Notes: a model not told the origin generated them from the letters alone. 64,000 nucleotides of DNA from Cyanobacteria bacterium J06626_4 (GCA_038523235.1 JBCBJQ010000017.1:1-64000), one strand, 5' to 3'; counted from the stretch's first letter, positions 9,669 to 22,693 are shown. Translations and numbers: made by a program.

Positions 9669-10784
9669 CTAATTTTGTTCTGAGTCAGGGTCATGGTCGG
9701 GTTCTATCAGCGCTGGAGCGTCCACCGCTGTAACCGGTAGGGGCGCTGGCTTCTGGTCCAGCACATCCACAACCCAGGCTTCCTCAATCCACGTTTTGCA
9801 AACGACGGCCAGTGGCAAGGCCAAAATCAATCCCACAGGGCCTAAAAAATTGGCAAAAAAGAGCTGCACGATGAGGGTCGCTGCCGGTAAAAGCGACACC
9901 CGGCGCTGCATCATCATGGGACTAAACCAGTAGCTCTCTAAATTTTGGATCATGACATAGAGCACCAGCACTGCGATCGCACTGCCAAACGACTGAGACA
10001 GCGCCACAATGATGGGGAAAATTGCGCTCAACGCTGGGCCCAGGTTAGGAATAAAGTTAAATAAACCGGCCAGCATCGCATTCGCAAAAGGATAGGGCAC
10101 CTGCAACAGCACCAGCCCGATAAAGCTTAGGGTCGCGACGAAAAGAGAATTGATCGACACTCCGCCCAGCCAGCACAACAGCGACCATTCGCATTTGGTC
10201 AAAATGGCATCGGCCCGACGACGATACCCAGAGGGAAACAAGCGCAGCAGCAAGTTGCGGTAAGCTTGCGGGTCGCTCAGAAACATAATCGTCAAGACAA
10301 TGAGCAAGAGCAGCTGCAGCAGGGTGATGACTGACCCGGAAAAGAAACTGACAAAATTACCAAAAAACTGACTGCCCAGAGTGGCAAACTGTTCAATCAA
10401 ATTCGATAATCCCGGAATTTCCCACTCTGGGATGCCTTCTGGTAGCCAGCTAGGCGGGTTTGTCAGCATGTCATCGGCCCACACATCGAGCCGGTTAAAC
10501 CCGTCAGGAACCAGCGCTAAGAGCTGTTCAAACTGTCCGACAAACAGCGGCAGCACGAGCACGGTGAAGAGCCCCAGCACCATAATCACCGACCCCATCG
10601 TCAGCAGTACGGCCCGCGATCGCACCAGACGTAGTCGTTTCACTAAGCGTCGGGCAAAGCTATTGAGGGCGATCGCCAACACCACCGCCGCAAACACTAG
10701 CAGTAAAATCTGACGAAACTGCCAGATGATCACCAGAGCAATCACAAAGCAAATTAGACTAATCCAATCTGAGAGTTTCATCAT
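9669..10784 (-). CDS. AI-2E family transporter
   Basis: Multi-TM, NFIPNLGP, IQNLESY, GLILALPL. Confidence 0.88.
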   Translation of the reverse strand: MMKLSDWISLICFVIALVIIWQFRQILLLVFAAVVLAIALNSFARRLVKRLRLVRSRAVLLTMGSVIMVLGLFTVLVLPLFVGQFEQLLALVPDGFNRLDVWADDMLTNPPSWLPEGIPEWEIPGLSNLIEQFATLGSQFFGNFVSFFSGSVITLLQLLLLIVLTIMFLSDPQAYRNLLLRLFPSGYRRRADAILTKCEWSLLCWLGGVSINSLFVATLSFIGLVLLQVPYPFANAMLAGLFNFIPNLGPALSAIFPIIVALSQSFGSAIAVLVLYVMIQNLESYWFSPMMMQRRVSLLPAATLIVQLFFANFLGPVGLILALPLAVVCKTWIEEAWVVDVLDQKPAPLPVTAVDAPALIEPDHDPDSEQN

Positions 10785-11310
10785 TGAGGTCTCCGCTAGA
10801 TTGCCGGGATCTGACAGGATTCTAAGCCGCTTAAATCGATTTTGGGGAGAGACGTATGTGAGTCGTCAGTCTAGTTAGGACGAGACTGCGGAGCCAGTTG
10901 GCTGCTCTGCGAAGTCTCAGAGTGATCTCAGGTGTTTTCAACAAAGTGGCCAGCACTGTCAATCGGGTCTCCCCCCTGGCCAAACTTCAGCGGTGCCCCG
11001 TGGGTAGCAAGGTAGCGGCTGTGAGCATGTCGAGCTGCAAAGCAGTTGATCATGACGTTATAAAACACCCAGAAGTATCATTTAAGCGCAGAGTTCTACA
11101 CTGTTCCTCAAGTTATGCCGTGGAAATTCCGGTTGATTGAGGGGCGACAAGGCTTCCAGTTGTCTTGATCCCGATGGCTGATATAGCAGAGAGTAGAAAG
11201 GTGGCAGGTTCAAGATGCAGGGAAGGGCCTTGCCGCAAGCGATCTGGCGATTAAAAGTACCCAAACCTGACTGCGGCTCGCCATATTCTTCTAAAACACT
11301 TCTTGAGTTT

Positions 11311-11817
11311 TCAAGCACTTTCTCGAAAAAGTTCTTCGAGTAAATTTAGCGCTTTCTCCGGATCTTCCAAATGCCTTTTGGGTAGTAATATATCTTGTGC
11401 AGAATCAACCATTAGTATGATTAGATGATTGGAATTTTCGATTTTGCGTACTGCTGACCATAAAATACTATAACTAAAGTTTGGCCCTATAATTTTGATT
11501 CCTTGAATTGAGAATAGGTACTCACGTTTGCCTAGAATCCAAGCATTTTCTAGTGGTTGAGCTGCTAAGAATATACTTCGATGCCTCCACCAATTAATGC
11601 CGGTCAAAAATAAATATATTGAAGTCATGAACAGAAATTCATTAAAGTCATAAGACTGCATATTTTGACCAGATATGCTAAGCAAAATCACTCCAAATAT
11701 AATGAAACTTATATATCGCCAGTCATATATTCGTGCAATGCTAACTTGTCGCCAGAAATCGTTGAACTCACGTCAGTCAGTCTTCGATATTTCAACGGAT
11801 GACTTCAAAGTTTTCAT
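11311..11817 (-). pseudogene. YcxB-like membrane protein with premature in-frame TGA at codon 15
   Basis: ATG at 11817 reads MKTLKSSVEISKTD*REFNDFW...FGV, in frame with the 11311-11691 ORF; C-terminal ILWSAVRKIENSNHLIILMVDSAQDILLPKR is YcxB-like; very AT-rich. Confidence 0.65.
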
Positions 11818-12021
11818 ACTCTTATTTTGCAATTTCTAGCTTGATACTCTGACTTGCTGTGCCGATCAAATGCAACCCACATAACTACTTTATAAAGGAA
11901 TTAAGCTACAGCTTTGCCTTTGACATCAATGTCGCTATGTCAGCCCCAAGCGCAATGAAAAACAGAACTTCTTTCCTGACCAGTTCTTTGCCATAGATAG
12001 GGTATTGACATGAGGAATAAA

Positions 12022-15000
12022 CTAAGCGCTGAAGTACTTGGCCACTGGGTGATAGGTGACGATCGCGGTGGTGGATTGTTCGGGATATAGCTGTTCGCTT
12101 TCATCCATCAACATGCCGATGCGCTCAGTCTGCAGCAGTTCTAGCTGCACAAACTGATCAGGAATGTGCGGACAGGCCGGGTAGCCAAAACTGTAGCGCG
12201 AGCCCTGATAGCGCTGCTGGAGGATTTCTCGCAGCGTAGCGGGCTCCAAATCGCCGTAGCCCAACTCGCGCCGAATGCGCGTATGGCACCACTCAGCCAT
12301 GGCTTCTGCCGTTTGCACCGACAGCCCGTAATAGTAAAGGTAGTCGGTGTATTGGTCGGCTTGAAACAGCTTTTGAGCAAACTCGGTGGCGACTTCGCCC
12401 ACGGTCACTGCCTGCATCGGAAACACATCAAACTGGCCGGGTTTAGCCTGATCTTGCGGCAAAAAGAAATCAGCGATGCAGAGACGGCGCAGCGACTTTT
12501 GTCGGGGGAAGGTAAACGTTGCGATGGGGTCAGGCGCTTTCTCTCCCGTTGTCATCACCTCTGGATCATAGATATGCAGGGAATTGCCCGCTGCCAAACA
12601 GGGGAAATAGCCATACACGATTTGCGGCTTCAGTAGCGGTTCCGAGAGCACGCGAGCCTTCCAGGTGTCGAGAATCGGGTATACCGTTTCTTGCAAAAAG
12701 GCGTCGTATTCTTCCCGTGACTGTTCCTTGGCCTTACGGAACTGCCACTGCCCGACAAACAGAGCCTGCAGGTCTAAATAATCGAGCACTTCCGTGAGGG
12801 GAATATCGATCGGATTGAGAATCTTGGTGCCCCAAAATGGCGGCACCGGTCGCGGAATGTCGATCGCCACCGCTTCAGACCGACGGGTATCTACAACGAC
12901 GGGTTCAGCTGCCGCCGCTTGATCGGACTCTGAGCCGGATTCATCAGTTGGTGGGGCGGCACCATTGGTCGAGCGATCGCCAAATTCCGCCTGGCCGGCC
13001 TCATCTAAAAACCCTTGCAGATCATCCCAATTGCCCGCCGCTTTGGCGGGCATCAGTTTGTCCATAAAATGCAGATCGGCAAACGCATCTTTGCCGTAAA
13101 CCACTCTGCCCTGGTAGGTGTTTTGGCAATCATCATGCACAAACTTCGGCGTCAGCGCAGCCCCCCCAAGAATCACCGGCACGCGGATGCCCTCCTGGTT
13201 AAAGGTGGCCAGGTTGTCTTTCATAAAGGCGGTCGATTTCACCAACAGCCCGCTCATGGCAATACAGTCGGCATCGTGCTCGCGATAGGCCTGAATGATA
13301 TTCTCCACCGGCTGTTTGATCCCCAGGTTCACCACCTTGTAGCCGTTGTTCGAGAGGATGATATCCACCAGGTTTTTGCCGATATCATGCACGTCGCCCT
13401 TGACCGTGGCAATGATAAATTTGCCTTTGCCCGAGCTGTCGCTGTCGGACTTTTCCATCATCGGTTCCAGGTAGGCAACTGCCGCCTTCATGGTTTGCGC
13501 CGACTGCAGCACAAACGGTAGCTGCATCTGGCCAGAGCCAAACAGTTCACCCACCACCTTCATGCCGTCGAGTAAAAAGGTGTTGATAATGGTCAGCGGC
13601 TCATACTGCTGTAACGCCTTGGCCAGGGCATCTTCTAAACCGATACGTTCACCGTCGATGATGTGCTGTTTGAGCTGTTCCTCAATGGGCAGATCTTTGG
13701 CGATCGCCTCTTTCTTTTTCAAACTCTTGCCTTCAAACAAGGTGGTGAGTTTGGTCAGGGGGTCATAGGTGACAATATCGCCGTCATACTCGCGGCGATC
13801 GTAAATCAGGTCGCGGCAAATCTTTTGATGATCCGGGTCGATCTTCGCTAGGGGCAAAATCTTGGCGGCGCTGACGATCGCGCCATCTAACCCTACCTGC
13901 ATCGCTTCGTGCAAAAAGATGGAGTTCAGTGTCACCCGCGCCGCTGGATTTAAGCCAAAGGAAACATTTGAGACTCCCAGCATGATGTGACAGCCCGGCA
14001 GGTTGGCTTTAATCAGCCGAATTGATTCGATGGTCTCCTGGCCGTTCACCCGATCTTCTTCAATCCCGGTGGAAATCGGCAGTGCCAGCGTGTCAAAAAA
14101 CAGCTCCCGTGCTGGAATGCCATATTCCAGCGCAGCCCGATAGGCTCGCTGGGCAATCTGAAACTTTTTCTCAGCGGTGCGCGCCATGCCATCTTCGTCG
14201 ATGGTGCCAATGACGATACCTGCGCCGTAGGTTTTGGCGAGTTCTAAGACTTTCAAAAAGCGCTCTTCGCCATCTTCATAGTTGGTCGAGTTGAGAATGC
14301 ACTTGCCCCCGGCAACTTTGAGGCCCGCCTCCATTTTTTGCCATTCGGTGGAATCGAGCATCAGCGGCAGGGTGACGTTGGTGACCAGGCGTGACACCAG
14401 CTCGTGCATGTCGCGCTCGCCATCGCGGCCGACATAGTCCACGTTGACGTCTAGTACGTGGGCCCCTTCTTTGACCTGCGATCGCGCCAGCGCCACCAGC
14501 CCATCCCAATCTTCGTCGTTCAACATCGTGCGGCATTTTTTGGAGCCGCTGGCGTTGAGCCGCTCACCCACAATTAAGAAAGAATTGTCTTGATCGTAGG
14601 GCTGTGGACTGTAGATGGAAGCGGAAGAGGGGACGTAGTTGAGGGCAGGTCTAGGGTCAGCGTAATGGGGTGGCTGGGTGGCTGGGTGGCTGGGTGACTG
14701 GTTAGAAGCGGGAGATTCACCCTCATACCCTGCTCCCCTCACCGGTCTTTCCTTGGGATGCAGATCCCTAGCTAGCTCTGCCAGTTGCGCAATGTGGTCA
14801 GGGCGCGTCCCGCAGCAGCCCCCAATCACTTGCACGCCCAGATCTTCGACGAAATGCATCAGTGCTATCCGCAGTTCCATCGGTGAAAGATGGTAAACGG
14901 CCTGACCGCCGACATTTTCGGGTAGGCCCGCATTGGGAATGCAGGAAATTGCAAAGGGTGATTGCTCTGCTAAGTGCTTGACGTGATTTTTCATCAGGTC

Positions 15001-15696
15001 TGGCCCGGTGGCACAGTTGAGCCCCAAAATGTCGATGGGATAGGGCTCCAAAATCGCCAGTGCCGCCGCCATCTCCGTGCCCACGAGCATGGTGCCCTGC
15101 TGTTCCATCGTGACGGAGACCATCAGTGGCAGATGAATGTCCCGTTCTTCAAAGACTTCAATAATGGCGTTGAGGGCCGCTTTGATCTGCAGCACATCCT
15201 GACAGGTTTCCACCAGCATCAGATCGACGCCCCCGTCGATCAGGCCTTGGGCTTGCTCGACATAGGCGGCTTTCAGCGTGTCAAAGTCAATATGTCCCAG
15301 GGTCGGCAGCTTGGTGCCCGGCCCCATTGATCCGGCCACAAAGCGGGGATGTTCGGAGGTCGAAAACTCTTGCGCAACTTGTTTGGCCAGTGCTGCCGCC
15401 GTTTTGTTGAGGGCGTAGGCCTGATCGGCCAAATCGTATTCGGCGAGGACAATTGATGTGCCGCCAAAGGTGTCGGTTTCAATCACATCGGCTCCAGCGG
15501 CCAAAAAGCCCCGATGTACCGTTGCAACCGCCTCGGGTTTCGTAAAGACCAGATATTCGTTGCATCCCTCGTACTCCGGCCCACCGAAGTCAGCGGCGGT
15601 CAACTCTTGCACTTGCAGATTGGTGCCCATCGCGCCATCAAAGACGATAACGGGGCGATCGGGGCTGTGCAGACGGTCGAGAAAGGCGCTGGGCAT
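12022..15696 (-). CDS. metH: B12-dependent methionine synthase
   Basis: [50 protein letters not shown]. Confidence 0.97.
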   Translation of the reverse strand: MPSAFLDRLHSPDRPVIVFDGAMGTNLQVQELTAADFGGPEYEGCNEYLVFTKPEAVATVHRGFLAAGADVIETDTFGGTSIVLAEYDLADQAYALNKTAAALAKQVAQEFSTSEHPRFVAGSMGPGTKLPTLGHIDFDTLKAAYVEQAQGLIDGGVDLMLVETCQDVLQIKAALNAIIEVFEERDIHLPLMVSVTMEQQGTMLVGTEMAAALAILEPYPIDILGLNCATGPDLMKNHVKHLAEQSPFAISCIPNAGLPENVGGQAVYHLSPMELRIALMHFVEDLGVQVIGGCCGTRPDHIAQLAELARDLHPKERPVRGAGYEGESPASNQSPSHPATQPPHYADPRPALNYVPSSASIYSPQPYDQDNSFLIVGERLNASGSKKCRTMLNDEDWDGLVALARSQVKEGAHVLDVNVDYVGRDGERDMHELVSRLVTNVTLPLMLDSTEWQKMEAGLKVAGGKCILNSTNYEDGEERFLKVLELAKTYGAGIVIGTIDEDGMARTAEKKFQIAQRAYRAALEYGIPARELFFDTLALPISTGIEEDRVNGQETIESIRLIKANLPGCHIMLGVSNVSFGLNPAARVTLNSIFLHEAMQVGLDGAIVSAAKILPLAKIDPDHQKICRDLIYDRREYDGDIVTYDPLTKLTTLFEGKSLKKKEAIAKDLPIEEQLKQHIIDGERIGLEDALAKALQQYEPLTIINTFLLDGMKVVGELFGSGQMQLPFVLQSAQTMKAAVAYLEPMMEKSDSDSSGKGKFIIATVKGDVHDIGKNLVDIILSNNGYKVVNLGIKQPVENIIQAYREHDADCIAMSGLLVKSTAFMKDNLATFNQEGIRVPVILGGAALTPKFVHDDCQNTYQGRVVYGKDAFADLHFMDKLMPAKAAGNWDDLQGFLDEAGQAEFGDRSTNGAAPPTDESGSESDQAAAAEPVVVDTRRSEAVAIDIPRPVPPFWGTKILNPIDIPLTEVLDYLDLQALFVGQWQFRKAKEQSREEYDAFLQETVYPILDTWKARVLSEPLLKPQIVYGYFPCLAAGNSLHIYDPEVMTTGEKAPDPIATFTFPRQKSLRRLCIADFFLPQDQAKPGQFDVFPMQAVTVGEVATEFAQKLFQADQYTDYLYYYGLSVQTAEAMAEWCHTRIRRELGYGDLEPATLREILQQRYQGSRYSFGYPACPHIPDQFVQLELLQTERIGMLMDESEQLYPEQSTTAIVTYHPVAKYFSA
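14668..14699. repeat. Tandem 8-mer repeat (GGGTGGCT)x3 + GGGTGACT inside metH
   Basis: Directly visible; encodes part of ...[14 protein letters not shown]... Confidence 0.85.
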
Positions 15697-15888
15697 TTTT
15701 TCACGCAAGGGCTAGACGAACGGCAACTGGAGCACAAGTAGCTGGGCAACTGCGCTTAGACCCCTATTATTCAATATTCTTCCGCCTACTGGGGCAGACA
15801 CCGCCACAACTTGGTAAGCCGCGTCGCCAGTTGGGGACATTGTCACGGCCTGAGAGGGAAGATCAAGGCGGCAGTCTGAGGGCCGCTG

Positions 15889-18030
15889 CTAGCTAAGGCT
15901 GTCGATCGTGCCGCTCTGATCGCGCTTGACCGCCCGTGCCATTAACAAATCATGGGTGCTGCGGCTGTCACCATCCGCGCCGGGGGTACGCTGGGTAAAC
16001 ACCCCGTCAGCATCCAGTTCCCAGGCGTGGCGATTATCCGTCAGCATAATGTCAATAATGTCCTTGAGCTCTTGCACCGCTGTGGGTTCTTCGACCGGGG
16101 TGATGGCTTCAACGCGGCGATCGAGGTTACGCGGCATCCAATCGGCGCTGCCCATGTAAATCTCTTCGGCACCATCATTTGTGAAGTAAAAAATGCGGGC
16201 ATGTTCTAAAAATCGGCCAATGATGCTGAGCACACGAATGTTGTCGCTAACGCCCGGTACGCCTGGTCGCAAACAGCAGATACCGCGAATAATCAGGTCA
16301 ATTTGCACCCCAGCTTGAGAAGCCCGGTACAGCGCTTGAATCATCTCCGCATCCACCAGGGAATTCATTTTGGCGATGATGCGACCCTGCTGACCCTGTT
16401 CCACATGCTCAATTTCGCGATCGATCAGCTGCAGCATCCGCTTCCGCAGCGTTAACGGGGCGACCAACAGCTTGCGATAGTTGGCCTGGCGCGAATACCC
16501 CGTCAAAAAGTTGAACAGGTCGGTCAGATCGGCTCCCAGTTCATCGCGGCAGCTGAGGATACCGAGGTCGGTGTAGAGCTTCGAGGTTTTGGGGTTGTAG
16601 TTGCCGGTACCAATGTGCACATACCGGCGCAAGCGATCGCCCTCTTGACGGACGACTAGCGTCGTTTTGGTATGGGTTTTCAGCCCCACTACACCATAGA
16701 CGACATGCACGCCCGCATCTTCTAACTTGCGCGCCCAGATAATGTTGTTTTGCTCATCAAAGCGGGCTTTGATTTCGACTAGAGCCACCACCTGTTTGCC
16801 GTTTTCGGCTGCCGCAATCAGTGACTGCACAATGGGCGAATCGCCGGACGTGCGATAGAGCGTGATCTTGATGGTGAGGACGCGAGGGTCACGGGCGGCA
16901 TGGGCAATAAAAGTCTGCACCGACGAGGCAAATGACTCGTAGGGATGATGCAGCAAAATGTCGCCCTTGCGAATCGCCCCAAAGACACTTTCCTCACCAT
17001 GATCGACGCCTTTGAGACGGGGGTTCACCAGCGCGTTCCACGGCTGATCTTTCAGCTCGGGCAGCGGCATCGAGAGAAAGAAGAATAGGTCTTTGAGATT
17101 CAGTACCCCAGATAATTCGTAGATATCCTCTTCGGCAACCTTCAACTCCTGCATCAAGCCCTCGCGGAGCTCGGGCGGCATCGACTGCTCAATTTCTAGA
17201 CGGCAGACAAAGCCTTCTAAGCGGCGCTTGCTGATCTCTTCTTCCATGGCGACCAAGAGGTCATCGGCGTCATCTTCGCGCACGGGAAAATCGGCATCCC
17301 GCGTAATGCGAAACAGATAATGGCCCGACACTTCCATGCCCGGAAACAGAAAGTCGAGATGGTTGGCGATGACTTCTTCGAGCGTCGTCCCCATCCAGAT
17401 CGTCTCTTCACCGGTAGTGAGCTCTGCGGGCAAGCCAATGAACCGGGGCAGGTTGTTAGGCACTTTGATGCGCGCAAACTTTTGCACCTTAGTGTCTGGA
17501 TTAGTCACCGACGCCGCGAGATTCAAGCTCAGATTCGACAGGCGCGGAAACGGGTGTGCTGGGTCCACACTCAAAGGCGTCAATACCGGAAAGATTTGTT
17601 TTTCAAAGTAGTCTTCCAAATACTTTTGCTGCTTGGCGTGAAGTTCGGCATAGTCCAGCAGATAGACGCCATGCTCCTGCAACTGGGGCCGCAGCTCGGT
17701 TTGAAACAAATTGTGCTGGGCTTGCAGCTTGGGTTTCAAGTGCGATCGAATGGCCGCTAACGTCTCCGCTGGCCTGAGACCATCGGCGGTCTTGGTGCGA
17801 ATGCCGGCGCTCACCTGATCCATGAGGCCAGAGACGCGCACCATAAAAAACTCGTCCAGGTTAGAGCTATAAATCGCGGTGAATTTGAGTCGCTCTAAAA
17901 AAGGCGTGCGGGAGTCGTTGGCTTCGTGGAGCACGCGATCGTTGAACTCGAGCCAGCTCAGCTCCCGATTAAAAAAGTATTGAGGATCGCTAAAATCCAC
18001 TGTTGGAGCTACGTCTGCTGCTTGAGCCAT
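15889..18030 (-). CDS. ppk1: Polyphosphate kinase 1
   Basis: FNRELSWLEFN, DPAHPFP, LLHHPYESF, KARFDE, KTHTK, GRFLEH, SADWMPRNLDRRVE. Confidence 0.97.
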   Translation of the reverse strand: MAQAADVAPTVDFSDPQYFFNRELSWLEFNDRVLHEANDSRTPFLERLKFTAIYSSNLDEFFMVRVSGLMDQVSAGIRTKTADGLRPAETLAAIRSHLKPKLQAQHNLFQTELRPQLQEHGVYLLDYAELHAKQQKYLEDYFEKQIFPVLTPLSVDPAHPFPRLSNLSLNLAASVTNPDTKVQKFARIKVPNNLPRFIGLPAELTTGEETIWMGTTLEEVIANHLDFLFPGMEVSGHYLFRITRDADFPVREDDADDLLVAMEEEISKRRLEGFVCRLEIEQSMPPELREGLMQELKVAEEDIYELSGVLNLKDLFFFLSMPLPELKDQPWNALVNPRLKGVDHGEESVFGAIRKGDILLHHPYESFASSVQTFIAHAARDPRVLTIKITLYRTSGDSPIVQSLIAAAENGKQVVALVEIKARFDEQNNIIWARKLEDAGVHVVYGVVGLKTHTKTTLVVRQEGDRLRRYVHIGTGNYNPKTSKLYTDLGILSCRDELGADLTDLFNFLTGYSRQANYRKLLVAPLTLRKRMLQLIDREIEHVEQGQQGRIIAKMNSLVDAEMIQALYRASQAGVQIDLIIRGICCLRPGVPGVSDNIRVLSIIGRFLEHARIFYFTNDGAEEIYMGSADWMPRNLDRRVEAITPVEEPTAVQELKDIIDIMLTDNRHAWELDADGVFTQRTPGADGDSRSTHDLLMARAVKRDQSGTIDSLS

Positions 18031-18481
18031 CGTGTTTACTTCCCGTCACAGTACGTTGAACCCTACAACCCTAAATCTAGAACGTAATCGTCTGGTTAAG
18101 GGTCAGGAATCCCTGGCAAGCCGCACCCAAAATGCGCCGTGTGGCAAAGATGCTTCCAAGGGCGTGTCAAAAGTCTCTAGTCAGCTGTGATGGGTGTTGC
18201 TCCCTCCAGTTTTCGAGCTGGCCGGAGTGTTCGACTTTGGAAAACTGTCTCAAGCCTCAAACGCTAGTTCTGGGTGACGCTTAACCCGCTCGCCGACGTC
18301 GGTTGACGCTTGCCAAATGCCATCTTGCGTGGGGCTGCTGTGCCATGGTTTGGCACCACTGACGAGCGTGGTGTTGGCTAAACGACAACCGGCTAGAAAC
18401 TGCGCGGGGCGATCGCTGGGAAGACGCACGTTCAGTGATAATGTGTTAAGTGGCGCTGCGAAAACCTAAGGTTGTCTTTAG

Positions 18482-19975
<1,494 letters not shown>

Positions 19976-19986
19976 GCGAGCTGCGG

Positions 19987-20013
19987 GAGTCGGCTGTAGT
20001 TAACAGCCGACTC
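19987..20013 (+). terminator. Intercistronic hairpin with T-rich tail between atpD and atpC
   Basis: GAGTCGGCTGT-AGTTA-ACAGCCGACTC followed by TAATTTTTG. Confidence 0.55.
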
Positions 20014-20057
20014 TAATTTTTGATAGTTATCTTTGCAAGAGAGCGGTTTAATTCACA

Positions 20058-20468
20058 ATGTCTCTAACCGTGCGTGTGATTGCTCCCGACCAGACAGTTT
20101 GGGATGCAGAAGCTGAAGAAGTAATTTTGCCCAGTACTACCGGGCAACTTGGTATTTTGAGTGGTCACGCTCCCCTCATGACGGCCTTAGATGTCGGCGT
20201 GATGCGCGTGCGCCCGGCCAAAGACTGGGTGGCGATCGCCCTCATGGGCGGGTTTGCTGAAGTTGATAATGACGAAGTGACGATTCTTGTGAGAGGCGCT
20301 GAGCGGGGCGACAGCATCGATCAAGATGATGCCCGTTCTGCCTTTGAAACGGCGCAGGCGACAATGACGGCGACGTCGTCAGATGATCGTCAAGCAGCGT
20401 TGCAAGCGCGACAGGCTTTACAAAAAGCTCGGGCTCGCTTACAAGCGGCGGGTGGTTCGGCCGGCTAA
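20058..20468 (+). CDS. atpC: F0F1 ATP synthase subunit epsilon
   Basis: VILPSTTGQLGILSGHAPL, ALMGGFAEV; follows the beta subunit. Confidence 0.96.
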   Translation: MSLTVRVIAPDQTVWDAEAEEVILPSTTGQLGILSGHAPLMTALDVGVMRVRPAKDWVAIALMGGFAEVDNDEVTILVRGAERGDSIDQDDARSAFETAQATMTATSSDDRQAALQARQALQKARARLQAAGGSAG

Positions 20469-20505
20469 GTTCAGTCCGCTGATGGTTGATCGACATCAAC
20501 TCTAA

Positions 20506-20542
20506 TAAAAAAGAGGAAGCGATCATCGCTTCCTCTTTTTTA
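20506..20542. terminator. Bidirectional intrinsic terminator
   Basis: TAAAAAAGAGGAAGCGAT-C-ATCGCTTCCTCTTTTTTA, perfect palindrome with A/T tails between convergent atpC and ycf65. Confidence 0.85.
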
Positions 20543-20599
20543 TGGCTAATACAGAATCTAGCTACCGGTAAGGTTGGAACGTTTGGGTGCTCGCCGTCA

Positions 20600-20953
20600 T
20601 CACGAACTACCGGTAAACAAGACGGTTTTGAATTTCTCTTGGGCGACGCGCATCGGCTTGCCTTTGCCTTCTTCTTGCCAGTAGTTGATGATTTCAGTGG
20701 CGGTATTGAGCAATCCTACCCGCTCTTCTTCAGAAATCCAGCTTTTGCCTTCCAGCTCAGTTTTCATTTGTTCCCACGCGTCGTTACGCGGCCAGAAAAA
20801 ATAAGCCGTGAGTGGGCTGGTGCCCTTGCCGACCACTTGGTCAACTGCTAAGGCAACATCTTTATCTAACCAGAGCACCTTTAAGACAAACCTGGCCTCA
20901 GTTTCTAATACAACCTCCACCGCAAACCCCCTTCCAAAACTACAGTCCTCCAT
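20600..20953 (-). CDS. ycf65: 30S ribosomal protein PSRP-3 / Ycf65
   Basis: [40 protein letters not shown]; exact start uncertain. Confidence 0.9.
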   Translation of the reverse strand: MEDCSFGRGFAVEVVLETEARFVLKVLWLDKDVALAVDQVVGKGTSPLTAYFFWPRNDAWEQMKTELEGKSWISEEERVGLLNTATEIINYWQEEGKGKPMRVAQEKFKTVLFTGSS

Positions 20954-21019
20954 AATATCCTAAGTCGGTAAATCTGTAATGTCCAAATCACGGCGGCTAG
21001 CCCTCCAGAGACTCATGAG

Positions 21020-21844
21020 ATGACTTCAGTTATGCCCTTACAAGCGATCGCCGTATTTGATATTGACGGCGTGATTCGAGATGTCGGCGGTTCCTACCGC
21101 CGCGCCCTGGCCGACACGGTGGAATCGTTTACCCAGGGCTGCTATCGTCCCACTGCTGCGGCGATCGATGACTTGAAGGCAGAAGGTCGGTGGAACAATG
21201 ACTGGGAAGCGTCGCAGGAATTGATCTATCGCTATTTTGAAACTCAAGGTCAACCGCGGGCTGATCTGACGCTGAGCTATGAGGCACTAGTTGACTTTTT
21301 TCAGCAGCGCTATCGCGGCCCTAATCTTGATGATCCGGCGCAGTGGACGGGCTACATTTCACAGGAGCCGCTGCTGATCAGCGCCCCTTACTTTGAGCAG
21401 TTGACTCAAGCTCACATGGCCTGGGGGTTTTTTAGCGGGGCGACTCGTGGCTCAGCCGCCTTTGTGCTTGAACGACGGCTTGGGTTATCGGAGCCCCTAC
21501 TCGTCGCGATGCATGATGCCCCTGGTAAGCCTGACCCCACGGGCTTTTTCCAAGTGACGGATCAGCTGAGTGGAGGCAAAACCGACATCCCTGTGCTTTA
21601 CGTCGGCGATACCGTCGCCGATATGCACACTGTTCAACAGGCCCGGCAGCAGCGTTCGACCACCCCATGGATCGGGGTGGGGATCTTGCCGCCCCATGTT
21701 GTTGCCGCAGACGAGACCTACGCGGCCAACTATGCCGCCGGTTTAAGGGCCGCCGGGGCCAGTCTGGTATTGCCGGGCCTCAAAGCCCTGACTCCAGATC
21801 GCATTCAACAGCTGATCAACGGCTTGCCGCCCGCTCAGCCATGA
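21020..21844 (+). CDS. HAD-superfamily hydrolase (TIGR01548 type)
   Basis: VFDIDGVIRDV, WNNDWEAS, PGKPDP, YVGDTVADM. Confidence 0.88.
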   Translation: MTSVMPLQAIAVFDIDGVIRDVGGSYRRALADTVESFTQGCYRPTAAAIDDLKAEGRWNNDWEASQELIYRYFETQGQPRADLTLSYEALVDFFQQRYRGPNLDDPAQWTGYISQEPLLISAPYFEQLTQAHMAWGFFSGATRGSAAFVLERRLGLSEPLLVAMHDAPGKPDPTGFFQVTDQLSGGKTDIPVLYVGDTVADMHTVQQARQQRSTTPWIGVGILPPHVVAADETYAANYAAGLRAAGASLVLPGLKALTPDRIQQLINGLPPAQP

Positions 21845-21985
21845 CCTGGCAAGACGACTGTGCCAGACACGTCGCTGCCGCTGCTCCCGCTCAGCCGGGA
21901 CTCCCTGCACGGGGTGATTTCATGGCGGTTCTCCTCGGCGATCGCTCCGGCTGAGGTCATCGAGACCCGGTGCTCAATCGCTGCC

Positions 21986-22693
21986 TCAAGGCGATGACTC
22001 TGGCGGGGTTTGTTCAGCTTGCTGACGGGCGATCATCTCCTGCTGGAGCTGGGCTTTAACGTGGGCTAGTTCGGTGGTGCAAGTTGTCAATCGCCGCTCT
22101 GATTCATCATAGGCGGCCCGGAGTTGTTGGGTGGTTTGCTCACGTTGGGTGATATTTCTCAGCAACCATAGTACTGCTGCCTCAGTCTGCTGATGGCGAG
22201 CACTCGTTAACCAAGCCGTCGAGACCGACACCACAATCGGAGTGGCTGCCGGCTCTGCTAAGGTGACTTGCCAATCTTGCTGATGTTTCGGATGAGTCAA
22301 CTGGGTCAAGACTTGCGGGCGATCGGCTGCATCAATCAAGACGACGAGAGGCTTGCCGATTAAAACTTCTCTCGATGTGGAGAAAAGACTGGTGGCGGCC
22401 CGATTAACCCAGTGAATCAAACCTTCATGATTAGTCACCAAATAGGCATCGGGGGCCAGTTCAAATAATGTGCGATAGCGCTGTCGCTCTTCTTCGATCG
22501 CCAACCGAGTGGCTGATAGCTCAATATTTTGCTGTCGAATTTCTTCATCAGCGGTGTGCAGCTCTTCCAGCACAAAGTAGAGATCACTCAGAGCGGCTTC
22601 AAGTAATTCTGGCGAAGCTGGTGAACGGGTCGCTTTGTCACGCAAGCGTAAGGCTCGTTCATAGACCGCTTCAATTTGTTGGGTGATCCCCAT
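21986..22693 (-). CDS. PAS domain protein with flanking coiled coils, no output domain
   Basis: EELHTADEEIRQQN...ERQRYRTLFELAPDAYLVTN...LRNITQR. Confidence 0.75.
   Translation of the reverse strand: MGITQQIEAVYERALRLRDKATRSPASPELLEAALSDLYFVLEELHTADEEIRQQNIELSATRLAIEEERQRYRTLFELAPDAYLVTNHEGLIHWVNRAATSLFSTSREVLIGKPLVVLIDAADRPQVLTQLTHPKHQQDWQVTLAEPAATPIVVSVSTAWLTSARHQQTEAAVLWLLRNITQREQTTQQLRAAYDESERRLTTCTTELAHVKAQLQQEMIARQQAEQTPPESSP

Noticed and set aside
11040..11120. Second attC-like site downstream of the YcxB-like gene (GGCATAAC on minus strand)
   Set aside because: No complementary L boxes or correctly spaced GTTRRRY found, and it lies about 190 nt from the stop.
10898..11318. Short ORFs (80 aa and 78 aa) next to the YcxB islet
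   Set aside because: No motifs, weak starts and atypical composition; treated as non-coding or decayed DNA.
11773..11775. TGA as selenocysteine or programmed read-through
   Set aside because: No Cys/redox context and no clear SECIS-like hairpin; Trp-to-stop is the simpler explanation.
15697..15888. Cobalamin riboswitch upstream of metH
   Set aside because: Short spacer with no recognisable B12 box or conserved GGGAA core.
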